A stretch of DNA of 64,000 nt from an uncultured Pseudomonadota bacterium (GTDB taxonomy: Bacteria > Pseudomonadota > Gammaproteobacteria > Burkholderiales > Burkholderiaceae_C): the NCBI GenBank assembly GCA_945952465.1, contig CAMFIB010000005.1, positions 20,820 through 84,819 of the forward strand. The letters are read 5' to 3'. The notes below the pieces were generated by a model. It had not been told where the DNA came from. It saw nothing but the letters and a program-made list of their open reading frames with translations, and did not search any database. Shown piece after piece: positions 37,831-46,849 of the stretch; the first letter of the stretch is position 1; the number at the start of each line of letters is the position of its first letter. The translations under genes and the position numbers were made by a program.

Positions 37831-39702
37831 TCAGAAGGTGATGCCAACGCCGAAGTGCAGCCGGAATTCCCGCACGTCCTGGCCGTAGGCAATGTCGACG
37901 CGCAGCGGGCCCACGGGGCTGCGCATCCGCACACCCACGCCGTAGCCCACCACCGGCCGCAGCTCGTTCCATTCGTTGGCGGCGGCGCCGGCATCGATGA
38001 AGACCGCGCCCAGCAGCGCCGGCACCGGCGGGTAGATGGGCGTGGTGGCCTCCAGGCTGCCGGTCAGCAGCACGCGGCCGCTGCTGACGGTGCCATTGAC
38101 CAGCGGGCCCAGCGAGCGGTACTGGTAGCCGCGCACCGAGTCGTCGCCACCGGCGCGGAAGAGCAGCGTGTCCGGAATGCCGACGTCGCGCTTGGCGAAC
38201 ACCTGCGCCGCCTCGATGCGGGCCTGGCCGAACCATTTGTCGCCCAGCGGCCGGTAGAGCGTGACGCGGCCGAGCGCGCGGCCGAAGGGGCCGCTGGCCG
38301 CCACGTCGGACACGGCGTAGCCGCCGGCCAGTTCGGCGTGCAGCGCGCGGCCGCGGGTGGGCACGATGATGCTGTCGAGGTCGCGCACGGTGAAGTGGTA
38401 GTTGCCGGAGAGCGAGCGGTCGATCCGGTTGCCCGCGGTGCCGCCGCGGGTGGAGGCGGCCAGCCCTTCGAGGAAGACCAGCCGGTCGATGTGCTCGCTC
38501 TCGAAGGTGCGGCCCGCGCGCACGCTGGCCGAGTTGATCTGCGCGCCGGCCACCGTCTCGCGCTGCAGCTTGCCCGACAGCAGGTAGCGGTTGGCGCCGG
38601 GCAGTGCGTGCGTCAGCAGGCTGGACTCCAGCGTCTGCCGGTCGCGGCCCAGCTCCACCTTGCTGCGCGAGATGATGTCGGTGCCGAAAAAGCTGCGGTC
38701 GAGCAGGCGGCGGTTCAGGTGCTCCACCGACACGCGCTGGCCGGTGCTGTCGCTGTAGCCCGCGCCCACCTCGGTCTGGTTCTTCGACAGCTCCGTCACC
38801 CGCACCGTCACGGGGGTGGCGGCGGCCACCGCGGGGTCGGGGTCGATCTCGACCACGCTGCTCTCGAACAGGTTGGCGCGCTGCAGCCTGTCCTGGAAGT
38901 CGAGCAGCGTCTTCTCCGTGTAGGGCGTGCCCTTCTCGAAGGTGCGCAGGTTGGTGATGGCCTGCGGCTGGTAGCGCTTCAGGCCCTCGGTCTTGATCTC
39001 GCCGAAGTGGAACATCGGCCCGCTGTCGAGCTTCAGCTCCAGCCGGGCGGTGTTGCCTGGCGCGTCCACGTTGGCCTGCGTGCTGGCCCAGCTGGCGGCC
39101 GCGTAGCCGCCGCCGCGCGCCTGCGCCAGCGTGGTGTTCTTGGCGTCGCTCCACACGCCCTGCTGAAAGGGTTTGCCGGGCTGCAGCTTGAAGTCCCTGC
39201 GCAGGTTGAGCTGCAATTTCTCGGCCGCCGGGTCGCCGCGCGTCAACGCATCCTGGAATGCGCCGCCGGTGCCGATCTGCAGGTCGGTCACGGTGGTGCG
39301 CGGGCCGGGATCGACCTCGACCACCACCAGCGGCAGGCCGTTCTGTTCGCCGTCGCGGCGGGCCTTGACGGTGGCGTTGAAATAACCCTCGGTTTCCAAC
39401 AGCGAGCGGGCCTGCGCCGGCGTGGCCTGGATCAGCCGGTTCAGGTCGGCGAGGTTGACGCGGTCGTCGCCCTGCAGCGCCTGGAAGCGGGCGAGGTCGA
39501 GGTAATTGACCAGCAGCGTCTTCAGCGGTTTGGGCGCCTGCACGTCGATGGCGTAGGCCACCGGGGCGTCGGTGGCGCCGGGCTTGGCCGCGGTGTCGTC
39601 GTCCTTCTTGCCGGGCATGAGGGACGACAGCGCGCCGCAGCCGCCGAGCAGCAGCAGCGAGGCCATCAACACGAACAGCGGCGTCGCGCGGGGCAAGGGC
39701 AT
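37831..39702 (-). CDS. tamA: Omp85-family outer-membrane protein TamA (POTRA + surface antigen D15 barrel)
   Basis: 623 aa with a lipoprotein-like signal sequence LLLLGGC and a C-terminal beta-barrel ending ...HFGVGITF. Confidence 0.88.
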   Translation of the reverse strand: MPLPRATPLFVLMASLLLLGGCGALSSLMPGKKDDDTAAKPGATDAPVAYAIDVQAPKPLKTLLVNYLDLARFQALQGDDRVNLADLNRLIQATPAQARSLLETEGYFNATVKARRDGEQNGLPLVVVEVDPGPRTTVTDLQIGTGGAFQDALTRGDPAAEKLQLNLRRDFKLQPGKPFQQGVWSDAKNTTLAQARGGGYAAASWASTQANVDAPGNTARLELKLDSGPMFHFGEIKTEGLKRYQPQAITNLRTFEKGTPYTEKTLLDFQDRLQRANLFESSVVEIDPDPAVAAATPVTVRVTELSKNQTEVGAGYSDSTGQRVSVEHLNRRLLDRSFFGTDIISRSKVELGRDRQTLESSLLTHALPGANRYLLSGKLQRETVAGAQINSASVRAGRTFESEHIDRLVFLEGLAASTRGGTAGNRIDRSLSGNYHFTVRDLDSIIVPTRGRALHAELAGGYAVSDVAASGPFGRALGRVTLYRPLGDKWFGQARIEAAQVFAKRDVGIPDTLLFRAGGDDSVRGYQYRSLGPLVNGTVSSGRVLLTGSLEATTPIYPPVPALLGAVFIDAGAAANEWNELRPVVGYGVGVRMRSPVGPLRVDIAYGQDVREFRLHFGVGITF

Positions 39703-39752
39703 GGCGGCATCTTAAGCGGGGGTGAAATCCCCCGCGCCGCGCCGACCGTTGC

Positions 39753-41360
39753 TCACGCGCGGGCCGCCCAGCCGCCCGCTGCGTTGCCGAAGGTGAAGGC
39801 CTCTTCGAAGATGGAATACCCGGCGAGGTCGGCGTGGGCAAAACGCAGCCGCTGCCACGGCGCGGCCTGCGGCTGCCGCAGGGCCGCCAGCGCGGCGCTG
39901 CTGTGTACGCCGGGCACCGGCATGCTCATGGCGTGGCCGTAGCGGGTCAAGGCGATGCGGGTGGCCTTCTTCGCGATGTCGGGGTGCGGCAGCGCCAGTT
40001 CGGCCAGCACTTCGTCGCGCCAGGCGGTCCACGGCCGCTCCAGCAGTTGGCGCCGGCCGCCGGGCTGGTCGCCGAGCGCGCGGTAGCAGGTGAGCACGGT
40101 GGCGCCGGGCATGGGCGACAGGCTCTGGTGCTGCGCGTCCACATAGCCCAGGCCCCGGCTGCCGTAGATGACGTTGTCCCAGCTCGGCGGCGCGCCGGGC
40201 CGGTCGAACAGCGGCTCGGCGATGTGCACGTTGGCCACCAGCCAGGGCGCATAGCGCAGCTTGGCCGCCGCCTCGGCCAGCGCCGGGGGCGGGTTTTCGA
40301 CCACGCGCGCGGCCACGAACAGCGGCAGCGCGACCACGCAGCGCTCGGCCGTCCAGCGCTCGGTGGCGCCGCTGGCGGTGTTGAGCGCGTCAACGGTCAC
40401 GCCGTGTTTGTCGCAGGCGATGCGGGTGACCACGCGGCCCGGCTTCAGGCGCTCGCCGAGGGGCGCGGCCAGCCGTTCGGCCAGCCAGGCGTTGCCCTCC
40501 GGCCAGGTCAGCAGGCCTTCACTGTCAGGCGGCGCCGGGTGGCCGGGCGCGTGGAAGCCGTGGCGGCTGGCGAAGTAGTGCAGGCCGGCCCAGGCCGAGA
40601 CCTGGGCGATGCCGGCGCCGTAGTCGTCGCGGCAGCAGTAGTCGAGGTACCAGCGCAGCCGCGCATCGGTGAGGCCATTGGCGGTCAGCCATGCTTCAAA
40701 AAACATAGCGTCCAATTCAGTGTGGACGCTGACTACCGGGCGTTTTGATGATGGAATCGTGAATGTGGCGGCGCGCTGGGCTTCGTCCACCAGCGTGGCG
40801 AATCGGCGGTACTGCGCCAGCGTCTCGGCGCCCACGCCGGCCAGCGGCAGCAGCCCTTCCTGCCAGTGCCAGCCGTCGCCGCCGTTGTAGAACAGCCGCT
40901 CCTGCGGCGTGTGGCACAGGTGGCGTTCGTCATACGTCCAGCGGCCGGCCACGCGGCGGCGCAGGCCGAATTCTTCCAGCAGGTCCTGCACCTCGGGCGC
41001 GTCGTCGCTGGGCAGCGGCAGGTAGTGCGCGCCGAGCGGGCAGCGCAGGCCGCTCACGCTGCCGCCGCGGCTGTTGCCGCCGGCCGTGTCTTCCAGCTCC
41101 AGCACCACCACGTCGTCAACGCCGGCCAGCCGCAGCGCCCGCGCCGCCGCCAGCCCGGCGACGCCGCCGCCGGCGATCAGCACGCGGGTGCCTTCGGTCT
41201 TGCCCGGGGCTTGCGCTGGTCGCGCTTCGCGCAGTTGGTGGCCGCGCTCGAACGAGATGCCGGTGAAGCCGCCGTCGATGTGGCCGAAGCGGTCGGCAGA
41301 CTCGTCGCAGCCGGCGAGCGCTGCCGCCAGCGGAAGGGAGAACAGGTCGCGCCGCTTCAT
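39753..41360 (-). CDS. Tat-signal lipoprotein, FAD-dependent amine-oxidase-like oxidoreductase
   Basis: 535 aa. MKRRDLFSLPLAAALAGC combines a twin-arginine motif with a lipobox. The dinucleotide-binding motif is VLIAGGGVAGLAAARAL...LELEDTAGGN. Confidence 0.8.
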   Translation of the reverse strand: MKRRDLFSLPLAAALAGCDESADRFGHIDGGFTGISFERGHQLREARPAQAPGKTEGTRVLIAGGGVAGLAAARALRLAGVDDVVVLELEDTAGGNSRGGSVSGLRCPLGAHYLPLPSDDAPEVQDLLEEFGLRRRVAGRWTYDERHLCHTPQERLFYNGGDGWHWQEGLLPLAGVGAETLAQYRRFATLVDEAQRAATFTIPSSKRPVVSVHTELDAMFFEAWLTANGLTDARLRWYLDYCCRDDYGAGIAQVSAWAGLHYFASRHGFHAPGHPAPPDSEGLLTWPEGNAWLAERLAAPLGERLKPGRVVTRIACDKHGVTVDALNTASGATERWTAERCVVALPLFVAARVVENPPPALAEAAAKLRYAPWLVANVHIAEPLFDRPGAPPSWDNVIYGSRGLGYVDAQHQSLSPMPGATVLTCYRALGDQPGGRRQLLERPWTAWRDEVLAELALPHPDIAKKATRIALTRYGHAMSMPVPGVHSSAALAALRQPQAAPWQRLRFAHADLAGYSIFEEAFTFGNAAGGWAARA

Positions 41361-41367
41361 GCCCGCC

Positions 41368-42924
41368 TCAATGCGCGACCTTGCCCCATTCCTGCTCGTA
41401 GGTGGTCACCAGCACCTGGTTCGACAGGCGGTTGATGTCGGTGTCGATGCGCGCCATGTCTTGCGGAAAATCGAACAGCAGCGGCAGGCTTTGCAGGTTG
41501 AGAAAACGCAGGCCGGCCGGCAGCGAGGCCGGTGCATGGAACGGCCGCCGGCTCGCGATGACGAAGCCCCATTCGCCAAAGCTCGGCACGTTGGCGTGGT
41601 ACGGCGCCGTCTGCAAGCCGACCGATTCCACCGTCTTCACCACCGTCCAGTAGCTGCGCCGCGCGACCAGCGGCGAGGTGGTCTGGATCACCGCGTAGCC
41701 ACCCGCCGCCAGCCGCCGTTCCAGCAGCGCGTAGAAGGAGTTGGTGTAGAGCTTGCCGATCGCGAAATTGGTCGGGTCCGGGAAATCGACGATGACCACG
41801 TCGAAGTGTTCCTCGGTTTTCTCCAGCCAGCCGAAGGCGTCGGTGTTGACGATCTTGACCTTGGGCGACTTCAGCGCGCCGCCGTTGAGCTGCACCAGCG
41901 CCGGCTGCTCGGAAAAGAGTTGGGTCATCGCCGGGTCCAGCTCCACCAGCGTCACGCTCTCCACGCTCGGGTACTTCAGTATTTCGCGCACCGCCATGCC
42001 GTCGCCGCCGCCCAGCACCGCCACCCGGCGCGGCCCGCCACCGGCCGACGCGTAGGCCGACATCACCGGATGCACCAGCGCCTCGTGGTAGCGGTACTCG
42101 TCGCGCTCGGCGAACTGCAGGTTGCCGTTCAGAAACAGCCGGTAGCCCGCATGGCCGGCCGCACCGCTGTGCGTGACGACGATGCGCTGGTAGGGCGAGC
42201 TGGCGGCGAACACCACCCGGTCCTGGTAGAACTTGTCCTCGGTCCAGCTGGTGATGGTGGCCGCACCCGCAAAGCCCGCCAGCAGCGTGGCCGTCACGCC
42301 GAAGCAGGCGGCGGCGTGCGCCGCGAAGTGCCGCAGCTCGTGCCGGAACAGCCACAGCGCCCACACCGCCACCAGCGCGTTCATCACGCCGAAGAACAGG
42401 CCGGTGCGCACCAGCCCGAGCTGCGGCACCAGGATGATCGGGAACGCCACCGACACCGCCAGCGCGCCGAGGTAGTCGAAGGTCAGCACCTGCGACACCA
42501 GCTCCTTCAGCGCCACGTCGCGCTTCAGAATGCGCATCACCAGCGGAATCTCCAGCCCCACCAGCATGCCGACCAGCAGCACCAGCCCGTAGAGCAGGAA
42601 CCGGAAGGCGCCGGGCGTGTAGGCGTTGGCGAGGAACAGCAGCGCCGGCATCACGCCGCCGACCAGCGCCACCATCAGCTCCACCCGCAGGAAGTGCGCG
42701 GGCAGTTGCCGGTCGAAGAAACGCGACAGCCAGGAGCCCACACCCATCGCGAACAGATAGGTGCCGATCACGGTGGAGAACTGCAGCACCGAGTCGCCCA
42801 GCACATACGACGCCAGCGCGCCCGCGACGAGTTCGTAGACGAGGCCACAGGCGGCCACGACGAACACGCTGGCCAGCAGCGCGATCTCGATGGGGCGGGG
42901 GGCGGGTGAGGAAGGGGCGGTCAC
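41368..42924 (-). CDS. Polytopic membrane domain fused to a spermidine-synthase-like aminopropyltransferase
   Basis: 518 aa. About 200 aa of TM helices are followed by YHEALVHP, VAVLGGGDGMAVRE and VVIVDFPDPTN, which are SpeE-fold signatures. Confidence 0.85.
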   Translation of the reverse strand: MTAPSSPAPRPIEIALLASVFVVAACGLVYELVAGALASYVLGDSVLQFSTVIGTYLFAMGVGSWLSRFFDRQLPAHFLRVELMVALVGGVMPALLFLANAYTPGAFRFLLYGLVLLVGMLVGLEIPLVMRILKRDVALKELVSQVLTFDYLGALAVSVAFPIILVPQLGLVRTGLFFGVMNALVAVWALWLFRHELRHFAAHAAACFGVTATLLAGFAGAATITSWTEDKFYQDRVVFAASSPYQRIVVTHSGAAGHAGYRLFLNGNLQFAERDEYRYHEALVHPVMSAYASAGGGPRRVAVLGGGDGMAVREILKYPSVESVTLVELDPAMTQLFSEQPALVQLNGGALKSPKVKIVNTDAFGWLEKTEEHFDVVIVDFPDPTNFAIGKLYTNSFYALLERRLAAGGYAVIQTTSPLVARRSYWTVVKTVESVGLQTAPYHANVPSFGEWGFVIASRRPFHAPASLPAGLRFLNLQSLPLLFDFPQDMARIDTDINRLSNQVLVTTYEQEWGKVAH

Positions 42925-42964
42925 GGTGTGGCGGCCGGTCCCGCCCGGTGTTCGGGCGAAGGCT

Positions 42965-43186
42965 TCAACCGTGGATCGCCGCTGCGACGATGATGGAGAT
43001 GCCCAGGCACATCGCCGCGACCACCAGGCCCAGCGCCACGTTGTGTTTCTCGACGATCTCGCCCCACAGGTCGTAGGGCGTGATCTTGTCGATGATGATG
43101 AACGCCACCCAGAAGATGATGACGCCGATCAGCGCGTAGATGATGGAGCCGATGAAGGCGCCGGGTTTCAGCCATTCAAGTCCCAT
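42965..43186 (-). CDS. DUF350 (YjfL-type) small membrane protein
   Basis: 73 aa with two hydrophobic helices separated by DKITPYDLWGEIVEKHNVA. Confidence 0.75.
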   Translation of the reverse strand: MGLEWLKPGAFIGSIIYALIGVIIFWVAFIIIDKITPYDLWGEIVEKHNVALGLVVAAMCLGISIIVAAAIHG

Positions 43187-43229
43187 GGTGTGCTCCCAGT
43201 AGAAACCGTGTGTTGAGAAAGAGGGGGGG

Positions 43230-44795
43230 TCACTTGTGGCCGCCGCCGCCGGAGAAACCGCCGAACGAACCGCCCGAGTTGCGGTAGCTGTTGCCGGAGC
43301 TGCTGCAGTTCTCGGTCTCCGGGTCGCACGAATCGCAGCGCGACAGCGCCACCGCGATGAAGACCAGCACGAAGAAGGTGATGAGCACGCCGCGCAACGT
43401 GATGGACGAGCCCAGGCTGGTCGGGCCGGCGTCGCCGAACGGCGGCGAAGCCTTCAGGTTCTTCAGGCCGAAAGCGGTGGCCACCGTCGAGGCCGGGAGG
43501 TTGTTGCCGTAAGACCAGGTCACCTCGTTGGCCGACTGTTCCATCGACAGCAGCAGGCCGCCGCTGGCGTAGTCGCGGTTGAAGGTCTTCTGGCCGCGCT
43601 GCACCCGCCAGTAGAACTCGCCGGCCACGTAGTTGGTCTCGGCGGCGTAGCTGTATTTGCGCTGGTAGCGTTTGCCGAGGTAGGTGGCGACGTTGCCGTT
43701 GGTGTCCAGCGTGGGCGCGCCGGTGGCCGGCTTCACCATGCTCCAGCCTTCCTCGGAATCCACGAGGAAACTGAAGCCCTTTTTCTGGTTGAACAGCAGG
43801 TACTCGCCCCAGCCGAAGGACTCGTCCGGGTCTTCCGGCGCCTTTCCCATGCGGTGCTGAAACCCCACCACCTGCCACTGCACGCCCTGCAACTGGCCGA
43901 CGCTGCCCAGCGCGATGACCGGGCGCACCGGGTCGTCCTGCTCCGCGTGGGCCAGCGCGGCGCCGGTGCCCTGCGACAGGTCGATGATGCTGTTGCAGGC
44001 GGTGCAGGTGATGCTCTTGCTGGTTGCCAGCTTGACCTCGACAGGCGCGCCGCAATTCGGGCAGTCGAAGCGCTGGCCCTTTTCGTCCTTGGCCGACTCG
44101 TCGCGCAGGCCTTTGAGCGCCAGCGCATCCAGCTCCACCGCCTGGCCGCGCGACAGCGTGGGTTGGCGGCCGGCCGCTTGCGGGCCGTAGTCGATCGACA
44201 GCACCTCGCCGTCGTCGCTGCGCAGCTCCACCACCGCGAAGGGCGCGCCGATCGGCGGCATCTTGGGCAGCTCGCCCTGCGCCGCCGCGAGCGACACCGG
44301 TTCGTTGCTGGAAACCGTGTACTTCTTGCCGGCGATCGTCGTCGTCGCGCCGACCTTGAAGACCTCGGCGGCCGGCACGTCGCGCTGCGCCGCGACCACC
44401 CGCGACATGACGAAGGAGCCGTTGTCCTCGCTCAGCGTGGCGGTGCTTTCGGGGCTGCCGTCGCTGTCGTCGAAATTGGCGATCCACTCGTTCCAGCTGC
44501 CTTCGGCGTAGCGGTACTGCAGCCGGCCGATCAGCGTGAAGCCGCGGTTCTGCCAGCGGCCCGACACGAACAGCTGCAGCGGGCTGTAGTCGTCGAACAC
44601 CTCCGACATCTTGCCGATGCGGGCCAGCGTCTCGCCGTCGCGCACCACCGTGCTCTGGCAGTAGCCGCAGACCGCGTGGGTGGACTGCGCGTTGCGGAAC
44701 AGCACCGGCGCGCCGCAGCCGGGGCAGGCCGCGCGATAGGCGCGCTGGCTCTCACCCCCGCCGGGCGGGTTGCCGGAGTCTCCCTCGGTGGCCAT
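43230..44795 (-). CDS. Double zinc-ribbon / double DUF4178-like protein with a C-terminal TM helix and a Cys/Gly-rich tail
   Basis: 521 aa. CPGCGAPV...CGYCQS and CPNCGAPV...CTACNS are each followed by a ~200-aa module (GRWQNRGFTLIGRLQY... and GSVGQLQGVQWQVVGFQHR...). The end is a TM helix VLITFFVLVFIAVAL followed by RCDSCDPETENCSSSGNSYRNSGGSFGGFSGGGGHK. Confidence 0.7.
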   Translation of the reverse strand: MATEGDSGNPPGGGESQRAYRAACPGCGAPVLFRNAQSTHAVCGYCQSTVVRDGETLARIGKMSEVFDDYSPLQLFVSGRWQNRGFTLIGRLQYRYAEGSWNEWIANFDDSDGSPESTATLSEDNGSFVMSRVVAAQRDVPAAEVFKVGATTTIAGKKYTVSSNEPVSLAAAQGELPKMPPIGAPFAVVELRSDDGEVLSIDYGPQAAGRQPTLSRGQAVELDALALKGLRDESAKDEKGQRFDCPNCGAPVEVKLATSKSITCTACNSIIDLSQGTGAALAHAEQDDPVRPVIALGSVGQLQGVQWQVVGFQHRMGKAPEDPDESFGWGEYLLFNQKKGFSFLVDSEEGWSMVKPATGAPTLDTNGNVATYLGKRYQRKYSYAAETNYVAGEFYWRVQRGQKTFNRDYASGGLLLSMEQSANEVTWSYGNNLPASTVATAFGLKNLKASPPFGDAGPTSLGSSITLRGVLITFFVLVFIAVALSRCDSCDPETENCSSSGNSYRNSGGSFGGFSGGGGHK

Positions 44796-44838
44796 GTTCG
44801 TTTGCGGCGCTTTGTTGTTGTTGTCGCCGAAGGGGGCG

Positions 44839-45873
44839 CTAGCTCAGCTTCTTGAGCAGCTCCGCCTTCTTCGCGTCGAATTCTTCCTGCGTCAGGATGC
44901 CCTTGCTCTTCAGGTCACCCAGCTTTTCCAGCGTGGCCATGATGTCCTCCGGCCGCACCTGCGCGGCGGCCGCGGCATTGGCCTGCTGGTTGCTGCTGTT
45001 CAGGCCCTGGCTCAGGTTCTGCGCCAGCACCTGGCCCAGCGCCACACCGGCACCCAAGCCCATCGCGTCGCCGGCCACGCCGCCGCCGTTGCCCGCGCCC
45101 TCGGCGAATTTGGGAATGGCCTGCGCGGTCTGGTACTGCATGAACTTGCCCATGTCGTTGCCGACCATGCCCATGCCGATCTTCTGGTCCAGAATCTTCT
45201 GCAGCTCTTCCGGCAGCGACACGTTCTGCACCGTCATGCCGTCGAGCTTGATGCCGATCTTCGCGAACTCCGGCGCCAACTGCGTCACCAGCGCGTTGGC
45301 GAACGCCATCTGGTTGGCCGCCAGATCGAGGAAGGGGATCTGGCTGGACGCGATCGCGTTGCTGATGTTCTGCAGCACCAGGCCACGCAGCTGGCCGTCG
45401 AGGTCGGCCACGGTGTAGCGCTCGCGGGTGCCCGAGATTTCGGTGTGGAACAGCTTGGGGTCGGCCACACGGTAGGCGAAGTTGCCGAAGGCGCGCAGCC
45501 GTACGGCGCCGAAGTCCTTGTCGCGCACGGTGATCGGCTGCGGCGTGCCCCACTTCTGGTCGATCTGCTGGCGCGTGCTGAAGAAATAGACGTCGCTCTT
45601 GAACGGGGACTCGAACAGCTTGTCCCAGTTCTTCAGGTAAGTCAGCACTGGCAGCGTCTGGGTGGTGAGCTTGTAGGTGCCCGGCCCGAACACGTCGGCG
45701 ACCTTGCCTTCGTTGACGAAGACCGCCATCTGCGATTCGCGCACCGTGAGCGAGCCGCCGTTCTGGATTTCCATGTCGCGCATCGGGAAGCGCCAGGCCA
45801 GCGTGCCGTCGCCGTCCTCGGTCCACTGGATGATGTCTATGAACTGCTTCTTGATGAAGTCCATCAGCGCCAT
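44839..45873 (-). CDS. SPFH/Band-7-domain protein with a C-terminal SHOCT-like motif
   Basis: An internal ATG at 45873 gives MALMDFIKKQFIDIIQW...SLTVRESQMAVFVNEGK. The C-terminus is LEKLGDLKSKGILTQEEFDAKKAELLKKL. Confidence 0.8.
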   Translation of the reverse strand: MALMDFIKKQFIDIIQWTEDGDGTLAWRFPMRDMEIQNGGSLTVRESQMAVFVNEGKVADVFGPGTYKLTTQTLPVLTYLKNWDKLFESPFKSDVYFFSTRQQIDQKWGTPQPITVRDKDFGAVRLRAFGNFAYRVADPKLFHTEISGTRERYTVADLDGQLRGLVLQNISNAIASSQIPFLDLAANQMAFANALVTQLAPEFAKIGIKLDGMTVQNVSLPEELQKILDQKIGMGMVGNDMGKFMQYQTAQAIPKFAEGAGNGGGVAGDAMGLGAGVALGQVLAQNLSQGLNSSNQQANAAAAAQVRPEDIMATLEKLGDLKSKGILTQEEFDAKKAELLKKLS

Positions 45874-46073
45874 GGCGGCCCCCTTGTGAAAGTGTGCGGG
45901 AATGATACCCCCGGCCGTTTTTCGGGCAACTGCCAACCGCGCGGCTCGATAGCTCCTATCAATGGATTAGCGGAACTCAATTGGCCCAACAAAAGAAATT
46001 GGCTATCATTTCTTCATCGCCGATGCAAATTGACTATCTATCTATCGGCCGATCCAAGAAAAGGAGTTCCCTG

Positions 46074-46577
46074 ATGACCACGTCCCGTACCCCTGAAATC
46101 AAGACCCTGGCCAACCTCGAGGCGGCCTTCGCCGGCGAATCCATGGCCTACATCAAATACCGCTATTTCGCCAAGCTGGCGCGGGAAGCGGGCGACGAGG
46201 CCACGGCCCGCACCTTCGAGGAAACCGCCGACCAGGAGGTGATGCACGCCTTCGGCCACCTCGATCTGCTCTACCCCAAGGCCGACATGACGCCGGCCAA
46301 GGCGCTGCAGATCGCCATTGATGGCGAGACCTACGAATACAGCGAGATGTACCCCGGTTTCCGCAAGACCGCCGAGGTGGAAGGCCAGGCGGCGGCGGTG
46401 GCCGAGATCGACGAGCAGATCGAAGAATCAAAGGAGCATGCCGCCCGCTTCCAGGCCGCCCAGCTCAAGCTGACGCTCGCCACGGCGCAGAAGCGCTTCG
46501 CCGCGCTGGCCCGGGTCGAGGAGCGCCATGCCGCGCACTACCAGTCCCAGCTCGACAAGGTGCGTCTGGCCGCCTGA
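46074..46577 (+). CDS. Rubrerythrin-family diiron protein (no fused rubredoxin domain)
   Basis: The ATG is preceded by aaaggag. LEAAFAGESMAYIKYRYFA, EEVMH-type (DQEVMHA) and EESKEHA metal-ligand motifs are present. Confidence 0.85.
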   Translation: MTTSRTPEIKTLANLEAAFAGESMAYIKYRYFAKLAREAGDEATARTFEETADQEVMHAFGHLDLLYPKADMTPAKALQIAIDGETYEYSEMYPGFRKTAEVEGQAAAVAEIDEQIEESKEHAARFQAAQLKLTLATAQKRFAALARVEERHAAHYQSQLDKVRLAA

Positions 46578-46679
46578 TCGCGACGATTAGGTTGCGTCCA
46601 CCACACCGATCGCGACACTCCCGGGGTGGCCGGTTGCGCCGGCAGCCCCATTCGTACCATTGAACATTTGAGCCCAACC

Positions 46680-46844
46680 ATGAAAACCTACCTCTGCATC
46701 ATCTGCGGCTTCGTCTACGACGAGACCGCCGGCCGCCCCGAAGACGGCATTGCCGCCGGCACCCGTTGGGGCGACGTGCCCGACAGCTGGGCCTGCCCGG
46801 ACTGCGGCGTCGCCAAGTCCGACTTCGAAATCGTCGAGATCTGA
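46680..46844 (+). CDS. Rubredoxin
   Basis: 54 aa: [15 protein letters not shown]...[14 protein letters not shown], with two CxxCG knuckles. Confidence 0.93.
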   Translation: MKTYLCIICGFVYDETAGRPEDGIAAGTRWGDVPDSWACPDCGVAKSDFEIVEI

Positions 46845-46849
46845 GCGCG

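Noticed and set aside
33363-39942. Plus-strand ORFs of 919 aa and 1208 aa (33363-36122 and 36316-39942), plus several 200-450-aa ORFs
   Set aside because: All are antisense or out-of-frame shadows of tamB/tamA with no recognisable domains.
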